DNA of 61,870 nt, filler included, from Choristocarpus tenellus KU-1152 (Eukaryota > Protista > Phaeophyceae), in NCBI GenBank assembly GCA_964200185.2. It is 7 parts of 7 records of this genome, joined end to end, with 100 filler letters (N's around TTAATTAATTAA, not from the genome) between each part and the next. Parts side by side here need not be neighbours in the genome. Positions count along the whole stretch, not along the records: positions 44,255 to 57,828 come from CAXNAD020001446.1; positions 57,929 to 61,870 come from CAXNAD020017017.1; 5 more parts are not named here. One strand, given 5' to 3'. Below, piece after piece: positions 51,709 to 61,870 of the stretch (position 1 is its first letter; each line of letters begins with the position of its first letter). Both the position numbers and the translations under genes were made by a program. Below the pieces are notes generated by a model that was given only the letters and a program-made list of their open reading frames with translations, ran no database searches and was not told where the DNA came from.

Positions 51709-51960
51709 AAGTCCCAAGGTAGACAAGAGGTGCCCAAGGTTGCATTATATTTATACTGACAAACATGCAAAATTCGACTTTTGTAAGAAGATGCTTAGTA
51801 ACTATTCTGAATCCTATAAAAAATTTCAAACAAAAAATGGAGAAATTAACATCTCAAGTCAACCTTAGGACTAATTCATAGAAAAAAGGATGAACTGCAA
51901 AAGATGGAAAAAGTAGCTAAAAATGCCAAACGGTCAAACCCTAGTTTCTATTGTTTACTC
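51709..51960 (+). mobile_element. MITE family C copy (diverged)
   Basis: Start aagtcccaaggtagacaagaggtgcccaaggttgcattata matches the 50340 start; ends ttgtttactc. Confidence 0.55.
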
Positions 51961-52022
51961 TGGCTCAGAGCTCGAAAGATAAGCACAACAGCAACTCTAC
52001 ATTCTTGCTTGCTTTGAGGTAC

Positions 52023-52200
52023 GCTCAAAGTATCTGGGGGGGGATGGGGGGTCTACATCAGGGTGTTCAATCGGGCACTTCAGGAGAACTGAACTTACAT
52101 TTTTCATTCAACGCATGCAACCAAATCACCCAAAATTCACGATATAGAAAAATGGGCCCCGAGTGAACAGCTGCCACCACCACCCTCAGATACTTCGAGG
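52023..52200. mobile_element. MITE family B copy
   Basis: gctcaaagtatctggggg ... ccctcagatacttcgag; internal ccaaatcacccaaaa is shared with the 8170 copy. Confidence 0.8.
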
Positions 52201-54244
52201 TGTATTTTGATTTCAAAACCACAAAATTGAATGAACTAAGCTTCATGATGTGGATGATATCCAGGCTGCTCCCCAGTCATACTCTTGTCAAGACATCCCC
52301 ATATATCTTTGATATACACTCATATGTATCCAGTGTGGAATTCGATCAAGCTGGCTTTTGTGCAGTCTGTGCTGATAGGTGTCATCCCACTCTTGCTAGT
52401 CCCACCTACTTCTGGGTATCAGAAGTATCCAGTCTACATGCAACTTTACGATACACACAGCGTCCTATACCCATTGAATTGAGGCAGCACCAAAGATAGG
52501 TAATGGCAACGGGGGACAAGAACAATTCCACCATGCTGCATGGGAATCAATCCTCATGGGTGGTCTTGGTGGTGGAAGTCATACACGTAGAAAAGTTTCT
52601 CGAGCTTCTTCAGTACCTGCCACGCATCGATATTTCATACCATGAGCAAGCAAGCACAGGGGAAAAACATGTTGGAATCAGGATGCTGCAGGAGGAATTC
52701 GACAGACCAAAGGGAAGAAAGAGGGTAAATGTGGGTGTTAACAAGGAGTAGCAAGGTTACAACTATTGTAGGGTAGAAGCGTTGGATGCAGAGTGAAGGT
52801 CATGAGGGATCTGTGGAATGCATTGCAGTTTCATTGTCCACTGTTGTCCATAGGTTCTTCATCTTGGTCTCTACTCTGTCTCCTTACCAGTTAGTTCCCC
52901 AGGGGTACACAGTACACAATTCTAGGATTGAAACTGGACTGGGAAATTGAAATAGTCTCTTCCGTGACCCAGAGCAGTCCCACGACTTTTTATACCCCCA
53001 GACCACGCCCATGTCCACTACATAATGTATCGGTCAATGTCTGCCGGGTGGACTGGGTCTAACATATCTAGACCATGTTTACGGACCAATTCAATTTTTT
53101 ACGACATATCCGGACCATACCCAGTACGTATTGTATTAGTCCAGTTCATGGTTCAACCCGGTCTTCTCCCAGATAAGTCTGACTGATATCAACCCCTCCA
53201 TTTCATTTGGTAACATTTTTTTTTTCCAAAATGATTTTTTCTTCGTTACAATTATTCACTGGTAAATAAAAAAAAGTAGAATGTAGAAATCAAATACTCA
53301 ATTGATTCATGTTGAGTCACGCCCCGTCCACAAAGAGGTAGTGTGGCCTGTATCTTGTTGGCCTTTTCAGGTGACGATAGTTGGAAGAGTTCAGATGGAA
53401 ACATAAAAATATCGAGTAGATCAACAATTCAGTACCTAAATGTTTCTTGAACAACAGTCTCAGACCTGTGATGTAGTTGATGATGACAAGACGGACTTCA
53501 TAAATGGAGTAAACGTGTCCGAGGCTGACCACGTAATCTCATATGAGGGTAGATAAAATTATTTTAAGAATGAAAAAATTGGTTCAAATAATTTCACTTG
53601 GGAACGAATGTTGCCGTATACAATTATTAAATAACATCTGATAAAATATCACACACATATAAAGGTATACTCTGGAGTATCATAATTTTTGAACACTATT
53701 TCGAAAAGCCAATCAGAAAATTATACATAGTATACATGTCCTTATAGTACCAAACAGCTATTTTCGATACAAATAATGATAGGTCATATAAAGCTCAACC
53801 ACATTCCTTTATTAACACTTGAGGAAAAAGGTTTTTGGGGTGGAGTAGTTCAAGTTCGTCGTCTCCTATACCCACTCATGGGGAATTTTGTTTCCTCTCA
53901 CTCCGATCAAGAGATACTTCCCCAGTATTGGTAATGGCTTTGATAACTGGAAGAGAATTGCTTCATGCTTGCACCTCCACTTTCCCTTAGCAAGCCTTAT
54001 CTCAAGTCGGAGCTCTTCCATCCTACCACATCAAGAAAATAAATGATTTGTTTCTGTAGAGGAGCCAGCCATTTTCATCCCCCATAGTCCAGAAGAGTGC
54101 CAGAGCCAACATTTTGAGAGGTTCACGCTCAAGCACACTATTGCCGATGCCAAGGGTGGCTTTGCCTGGCACACACTAAGCACTCTATGCAATAATGGAG
54201 TTTGGAAAAAAAGTAGAGGAGAAAGAGGATGAGAATGTTGCACT

Positions 54245-54687
54245 GGGTTCTGTTCCGCCAGCTACTAAAAGGGTCACTCGTCCACTAGAACACCCACTTG
54301 AAACCAATGGCCTTACGGCCTAGTGGTACATCTGCAACACTGAAGGTACCTGTGTCCAACAAACCATCGAACTCCTTAGATATGATCGCTTCCCATACCG
54401 GCCAGCCAGTATTTAGACTTTTCAGCCTCAGCATAAGATTGTGGGGCTGATCCCAATTTGGAAACGAGACGACCATGCAAGGGGGTACTCATCAACACAG
54501 ACTCAGGTGTGGGCTTGACAGCCAAGGCATAAGCAACATGGTCTCTGTCTACAATAGGTATGAGAGACATCACATCCCCAGCACCTGCACTCCTTCAAAT
54601 CTGGTATGCGTTTCTTGCCTAGTCCTACCCAGCTCAATGTGAGGTTCATCAACTGGATCGGGAAGAAAAGCTTCCAACTGGCGAACT
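54245..54687 (-). pseudogene. Ty1/copia RT N-terminal remnant
   Basis: PQSYAEAEKSKYW, then frameshifted ISKEFDGLLDTGTFSVADVPLGRKAIGFKWVF. Confidence 0.8.
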
Positions 54688-54946
54688 GAACCAAAGTATC
54701 TCAGAGGGTAGAGCCGCGTCCATTTGAGGGCGAAATTCCGACGTTGCGATTTTGATGTAATTTTGGCTATCGTATTTGTTAGGAAGTATCAATATCCTTG
54801 TTCCAGTCACACCATTTCATAACACATACATTGTACCTACTCCGAAAAATTTGGAGTAGGAAAATGTAATTTAAAAATAACATGGGAAGGCAAGCCTCAA
54901 ACGGACAAATAGCGCAAAACTCGTACCCTCCAAGATACTTTCACTC
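54688..54946 (+). mobile_element. MITE family A copy at the edge of the copia remnant
   Basis: Family TIRs; flanks ACT/TCA, so no TSD. Confidence 0.85.
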
Positions 54947-55589
54947 TCATTATCACATCGATGACAGTAGATAGAAGTATAGCATCAGTTGATATTCAGT
55001 TGGTACACATCACACTCAGGAACATCATATCACACGTCATCCAAGTTACTTCGGAACTTATCCCAAGTGCATTCCACTGTTACCTTCTGTTCTTTTTTTC
55101 TCCTTGTAGTTGTCTGTCACTTCTGTTCTTCTTTATAAGCGTAAGACCCTAGATGCAAGTTAATCGTTCGTTATTTTTTTTCATTGGTTGTCATTGCCCC
55201 CTCTCTGAGCACCTCTAGTTCGCTCTGCAAAGTGCCCCTGACGCACACTTGGATGTAATACATACAGAGTTAAAACAATCTACGGAAACCCTTGCCAGTC
55301 AAGATGACAAGCCTCTCCACAGAGCATGGACTTCTTTCGTTGAGTATCTCATGAAATAACACTGAACTCACATCACATCATTCTTGACTGAGAGATCAAT
55401 GACTTCAGTTGCAACAGAACAAATACATCAATTATTTGCATCACAATCACATCTACTCATACCACAGACTACGTATTCTACTCATAGGTGCTTTACAAGA
55501 CCATGTTTCCTCTTCACTCGTAGTCTACCCATTTCGCTTACATATACAATGTTTTCGATTCAGGTTTCAACAATGTGAATTCAGTATTC

Positions 55590-57828
55590 TTGGTTGCTCA
55601 ATCCAGAATGATGTGATGCGAATTCATTGTTCTTTCGTGTGATACTCAATGAAAGATGTCCATGCTCTGTGGAGAGGCTCGTTATCTTGGCTGGCAAGGG
55701 TTTCCGCGGATGGTTTTAACTCTGATAATATTACATCCATATGTGTGTTTGATACACAGTTTGCAGAGTGAGTTTGGTGCAATTTGAGGGACCAATGGCA
55801 GCCACGAAAGAAATAATAATAAGCAACCATCAATGTACAACTGTCATCTTCTGCTGATAAGGAGAAATAGTGAAAGAAAAAACAAACAACAGAACAACAG
55901 AACAAGATTGAAACAATATGTGATGCAACTCAAGTGACGTACACTACACTGCTGTATACTATTTGTGTGGAAAGAGAGCGACTGTTCTGTACTACTAAAG
56001 TGTTCTGATTGTAGTTGATGTGGCGATGACGAACTAGTGAAAGTAACATCCACAACGTAACAGACCAAACAACAGTCAGTGTTGACTGGTGGAACTGTAT
56101 CGNNNNNNNNNNCAGATGAGTAGACTATGTTTTTACAGGGGTCTTGAGCAGGTTCTTTGATGTGGTAGGAGGGGCCTTGAGCAATTTCTGTGATAAGATG
56201 GGGGTGGGTCCTGAGCCGCTTCTGTGATGTGATAAGGGAGGTCTTGGGCAGTTTCTATGATGTGGTAGTGGGGGGTCTTGAGCAGGGTATGTGATAGGTG
56301 GGGGTGAGATTAGGCTTACCGGGACGGCAGGTGGGCTTACGGTGTCAGTTGGTCGGTGGAGTGCGTAGGTAAAGACGGAAGAGCAGGTGTGGGAATATTG
56401 TGGGTGAGAAGGTGGCGGGTTGGGGGGAGGACACAGGGAGAAGTCCAAGGAGTACAAGGCGCCAAGCTCCGAAATCTGTGTCTGGCCATTGTAATTCAGT
56501 AGATGTGGGTGTGGGTAGTCACTGTAGCCCAGCCAGTAGTCACCATAGCACAAGTGGAGTACACAAATGACGGCTCGAACCAGGTACCAGCAGGACAATG
56601 AAGGAGGGTTGCTGCAACAGTCCAGTGAAGGTGGCTTGCCATTTTGTGGGGAGATGGAGGTTCTCCATGTGGGGGAACTGATTGGGTGGGCAGGGGAAAA
56701 AAGGGTGTGACAAGAGGTGGTAGGTGATGTGTTTGACAGAAGGAATTAGCCAGGGGAGGAGCTGTGCAGCCAGGGTGAGGTATTATTGTGGTGAGGTCAG
56801 TTGTGGGTGTGTCTTGTACTGTGAGTGTGTGCTTGGTCGTGATTGGTGGTGAGGTAGGGGCATCAGGTGGTGGTCAGGTGGGGACAGGAGGACAGTTTGG
56901 AAAAATGGCGCAGGAGGTGTCCACATTGGTGACAGTAGCTGCAGTGGAGAGCTTGAACAGTAGGAGTAAGCCTGAGGGGTCCCCGACTCAGCCTTTAATC
57001 TTGCGGAGGCGCATGAGACACTGGTCGGGATTATTGCCCCCTGCTGGAGTCCGTGAAGGTCTTGCGCAGGTCCGTGGCAGGTAGCAACGAGGCTGCGTAA
57101 CAGCTGGTCGTCACCTTCTTCGTATGGGATGGTAGGTGGAGTATAGCCATGAAGAGACGAGAAGTGCGCTGGATCAAAACTCGCTGGGCCCGAAGGATTC
57201 ACACAGCTCCAGGTGTTCACGAAGCAGAGTTCGAACACGGTTCAGGGGGAATCATCCCCAGGTGAAATAGGTTGTGTTAGCTTGTGTTCCATGGCGGTAC
57301 AGTGGGTTTATCTAGTGTGTATTTGGTGGAAGTACAGGCAAGTTCGGGCAAATGTGTTGTTGTATGTGTTAAAACATAGGCTACTCATCTGTTTCTTCCT
57401 TGATACGATACAGTTCCACCAGTCAATACTGACTGTTGATTGGTCTGTTATGTTCTAGACGTTAATTTCACTAGTTCGTCATCACCACATCAACTACAAT
57501 CAGAACACTTTAGTAGTACAGAACAGTCGCTCTGTGTTCCACACAAATAGTTTAGTGTAGTGTACGTCACTTGAGTTGCATCACATCATATTGTTTTGAT
57601 TTTGTTCTGTTGTTCTGTTGTTTGTTTTTCTTTCACTCTTTCTCCTTATCAGCAGAAGATGACAGTTGTACATTTATGGTTGATTATTATTTCTTTCGTG
57701 ACTGCCATTGATCCCTCACTGGGCACCTCAACGCCACTCTGCAAACTGTGTATCAAACACACACATGGGTATAATATAATCAGAGTTAAAACCATCCGCG
57801 GAAACCCTTGCCAGCCAAGGTAACAAGC
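55590..57828. repeat. Long inverted repeats (55680-56102 vs ~57405-57828) flanking a decayed gag/protease-like segment; older third copy at ~54960-55400
   Basis: 57405-57828 is the reverse complement of 55680-56102 with few differences. The minus strand of the spacer has LHCSYCHQCGHLLRH (zinc-knuckle-like) and IVLLVPGSSRHL (degenerate aspartic-protease-like). Confidence 0.7.
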
Positions 57829-58665
57829 NNNNNNNNNNNNNNNNNNNNNNNNNNNNNNNNNNNNNNNNNNNNTTAATTAATTAANNNNNNNNNNNNNNNN
57901 NNNNNNNNNNNNNNNNNNNNNNNNNNNNATATAAATTCTGTGCCTTTTTTTTCGGGCATGCCCATGGGTGAACAAAATCGGGGTAGGTACTGTACTAATA
58001 TTGACAAGAGTAATATATTCCGAATGGGGGCGTTGGGTTTTTTGGCTATTTCATTTTCCTCCACTGTCCACAAGAATAATAACGTACATTACGTTCCTCC
58101 GCAAGCAAAAAAATACAAAATGTGAATTGTCATGAGATTTGAGAGTAATAGAATAATGACTGTGGTCACGGTTCAACAAAGTTTTGTATGATTTTTGTCA
58201 GATTCTTGAATACGATACATGAGAGACATAGTTATGTGCATTTTACTAGATTTACAAAATGATGCAATACTTATTTCCACTCTTATGTTGATTCTCCTCA
58301 TCAGCAAGTTCCATTCGACATACGTCGTATGTCACGCATATCTAAAATATCCATGATAATAATCTGTATTGAATATTTTAAGTAAGGAAGGAAAAAGGGT
58401 CAGGTTGACTTTGTGTGACCTTCCTCCCTCTCAGACAGATCTCATACTTGTACTGTTATATCCAACCCTGTTTCTTACGTGGTTACTACTCTTCGTTCTC
58501 AAGAAGACATATATGAGACAGAAAAACCGAGTGATTACTCTCGTTTCTGTCCTTTTCCGGGATATATCGGTTCCTCTCGCGGAAGCTTCAAGGGTGGGGC
58601 TTCTGTTTTTACCCCTGTGATACCTTTCGTAGGTTTTCGTCGTGCCATCAAGTACAAGAGGGGTG

Positions 58666-59912
58666 ATGAAATCATATGAGCAAGGATCGGACTCTGTGTG
58701 TTTGTCTCGTAGCTATGGGTCCGTTGAGTTTAGTGGTGAACGCCGGTTTAGTGAAGTTGGTCGAGTTTCAATCGGTGCGATGGACTCACTGGAACAAGGA
58801 ACAACACAAAGGAGTAAGAGGGTTGGCATCATTCTGGGGTTGACCTGTGTAGCAGCAATTGCTGGCACTGCTGCTCTGGGTGGAGGATCTTCCGGTGGGT
58901 TGCAGCCCCATCCGAGGGGGTACACAACTTTCACTACCTCGTTCTCTGCAAGAGATCAGGCCAATGCGAACCAAGGCCTCAACCCTCTGGCCTTCACCGC
59001 ATCAAATTTGTACCAAGCGAGGGACGGGAAACCAGGAGCTGATTACCCCTGGTTGAAAAACACACAGCTTGTTGAGCCGTTCAGGAATACCACCCTCTCT
59101 GTGGTGCAAAAAAATGATGAGATGGCGTATCGGTGGACTGTGACACCCTGCCTTGGTAGTGCTGAGTCAGTTGAGGTGCTGGGTGATACGGCAAACGTGA
59201 TCTTCGCCAGTTTAGGGGAACATAAGGTGCTCCTCGAGGAATATTCAAAAGCGGGATTAGTTACTCGGTCGGTGGAGGAGGTGGTGATGTGCAAGTATGT
59301 TCGTAGGGAAATACGAACGCTCTTTGAAGAGGAGCGGCAAGACCTGTTCGATGCGGTAAGGGGAATCTCTCCTGTATTCAGGGAAAGGTTTATGTGATAC
59401 ACAACATGGTTTTAACTACACGTATTGCTTTCTCAGTCTCAGATCCTATCAAATTGCCTTGGCCACTATGGTTCTCGCCTGTCGCGAACATGCGCACCTA
59501 CCTTCCGATCTTTACCCCTTAACGTTTAACTCTCAGCCCATCCTGACTGTTTATTTAGATGCTCACCATGTGGGAGTTTGGCACCAAAGAAGGGAGAGGG
59601 GTGTTCGGGGATGAGTACTTGGGCGCTTTGGATCTGGGCCGCTTACATTTCGCTGCTGGAGGTGATATCGATTGCGACCATGTGAGAAGTTTGGTACAGT
59701 GCAAGCAACAATGCCACAAACACAGTTGGATCAAAATTTCACGGTCGAACTTTCTACCACCTCACTTCAACTTGGATCAAATGGGATGAGGCATCTGTGT
59801 TCATTCGATGTTGAGACCATACTTATATTACGAAAGTCGTGGTACCCTCTCTCTATTGCCACTACTCAGTACACACACGCACGCGCGCGCGCGCACACAC
59901 ACACAGACACAG

Positions 59913-59986
<74 letters not shown>

Positions 59987-61744
59987 CGCCTCTTGTTCAT
60001 AGTTTTGGTGCACTGTACAAGGTGACAGCTGGATGTTTTGAATGACGGCCAATCCAGCTTCTTCGTGTGCAATTGTCCGAAATAAGTCGACCCACCACCT
60101 TCTCCCTCCATCTCCGTTGCTCTGTTTCAGTTTCACCACGGACTAGGGTTCCTGACAAGCCATGTGCTCATGACTAATGTGTTTGAGTACAGTCTGCAGT
60201 TGGTCAACCCCAAGCTGTCCTTGCCATATTGGGACTTCACAATTGAGACCTCCCGGCATCCAGATGAAGATTTGAAAGACATCAGTCCCCTCTTTCAAGA
60301 GTCTTGGTTTGGAAGTGCGGATGAGTTTGATATGCAGGTGGGGGTCTTGTGGGAACAGTCATACTTATGGAGGGTGGATACGACCAATGCACTGAAAATA
60401 TCTCAAGCACTAACCCTTCGTGCTTCTTAAGAGACTGTCAGTTATTTTTAAGGTTTCTCTAGTGGATGATGTCTTTTTGCACTGATCTCCCCACTAGTGT
60501 TGAGTTGCTGTCACTACTTGATCTTAATTAAGCCCCACAAAAATGTGTGATTCGCAGGGGCAAAAAATACAGCGAGTGGGCGGAATGATGATTGGATATT
60601 TTTTTGTACTACACTTTTCTTTTTTATGAACACTGTTGTGGTTGAGTTTGTGGAAGGATCTTTTCGGCGGTCAGGAGTAGTAGACAACCTCCGACCTGCA
60701 TCTAGAACACAAAATTAACCCGGAGCAGATGAAATTGTGTCAACCGCTACTTTTCACCGAACATCTTCTCCTTGATTTCATACCTGTTCAAAAGGCAAAA
60801 ACACTCTGAATCAACTCTGATAGGTTAAGAACGGACGGTGGGGTCACTTTGAGGTGCCGAAGATGTCAGAGGTAATGAGAGAAAGAGGATTTTCAAATGT
60901 GTATGGCAAGCTACGGGCACCTTGGAACACCAACAACAGAATGTGAGTTTCAGTGAAACCCTCACCTCAGCAACCGCCTGCCATATGGTGTTCGACAGAC
61001 ACGTTTACTCCCATGTGAGTATTCCGTACGGGTCTCATGGCCCGAGCGAAAGATACAGAGGGGATAGATATTGCTTGATATTTATGGTTACAAGCATTGA
61101 TTGGAGTGGACTCTGAAAGGGGCAATTGAGTATAGAGGCATCCTGTCATAGAGTCAGTAAGAATAAGATTCAAAGTAATTGTGTAACGGCATCTTTAGTG
61201 GGGCCCTGTTGGATGTTAAGAGAGTTAATTTCGCCCAGTGGTCGATTCTTATGCGGTAGTAATACTAATACTAACCCTAACCCTAACCCTGTACCTTTTT
61301 GGTAAAAAAAATGTGCTCTACTTCTATTGACATTTAGTAAGCACAACTTTTTTTCCTTTTTTTTTGTCCCCCCCCCTTCCCCCCCTCCTCCCCACCGGCG
61401 ACTACTAAAGGTATTTGACACGAGGTTTTGGAGAATTTTGTGGGGGCGTGTCCACATCAGCCCTCCCTCTTCCAACCTGCAAGGAGCACTACAGTCTCAC
61501 CACTGACTACGATACATTTTACGGGTGGTCTTGGTATGCCATGTTCGATCCTCACGGTCCAATCCATTTGTACATTGGGGGCCTCTTGGACTGTCAGAAA
61601 GTCTACCACGATGTTGAGAAGATTGTTGGTCGAGAAACGGCAACTACGTTAAGGGCCCTGGCCATTTACCACCGAAAGAGCCTCTTCCGAGCAGGGTACT
61701 TGACCTGCCAAGATGGCGCCCCGAAGTCGTTGGACCACACTGAG
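58666..61744 (+). CDS. Tyrosinase / type-3 di-copper protein with N-terminal membrane anchor; exons 58666-59355, 59559-59681, 60131-60337, 60824-60942, 61411-61744; continues beyond the window
   Basis: YVRREIRTL; CuA-like RLHF..DCDHFHHGLGFLTSH; FEYSLQLVNPKLSLPYWDFT; LRAPWN; CuB-like DPHGPIHLYIGG; phase-consistent GT-AG introns. Confidence 0.92.
59870..59983. repeat. (CA)n compound microsatellite in a tyrosinase intron
   Basis: Long CA run preceded by (CG)n. Confidence 0.95.
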
Positions 61745-61870
61745 GTAAATGGACACCAATGCCAACACTATTTTTATTTTTAGTACTTGTGCCCTTTTAC
61801 CACCCACCTCACCAAACATAACTTCTGTAGTTACAATATGATTCTAAATAATCAAAACCAAAGAAAAAAC

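Noticed and set aside
52555-53540. Possible terminal exons on the minus strand (VLKKLEKLFYVYDFHHQDHP*)
   Set aside because: The acceptor is plausible, but I found no recognisable homology or consistent multi-exon model.
56125-56598. Pro-rich 157-aa ORF as an extensin-like host gene
   Set aside because: It lies in the decayed retro-like segment and reflects C-rich strand skew.
59672-60111. His/Thr- and Cys/Val-repeat ORFs
   Set aside because: Translations of an intronic (CA)n microsatellite.

Overview
Eukaryotic, intron-rich and transposon-rich nuclear DNA, most consistent with a stramenopile alga (brown-alga-like: TTAGGG repeats, a signal-peptide plus Phe plastid presequence, a membrane-anchored tyrosinase). 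The window is seven small contigs joined by artificial 100-bp N(44)-TTAATTAATTAA-N(44) linkers, so adjacency across linkers is meaningless. Contig 1 (1-15945) is a nested transposon stack (copia remnant > Tc1/mariner > Ty3/gypsy chromovirus > MITE > second MITE) followed by the 3' end of a Pro/Thr-repeat, Cys-rich extracellular protein gene. Genes reconstructed by hand elsewhere: the 5' part of mitochondrial citrate synthase, head-to-head with an intronless membrane ORF; an intronless secreted Cys-rich prepro-protein; the 3' ~11 exons of an RNF213 (mysterin)-like giant E3 ligase; a plastid-targeted trigger-factor-like protein lacking the ribosome-binding domain; IQ-motif exons; and a membrane-anchored tyrosinase. 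The most striking non-coding signal is a set of three MITE families (about 20 copies) sharing a CAAAGTA terminal core, with non-specific 3-4 bp target duplications in the main family. All protein assignments are from motif recognition, not database searches.
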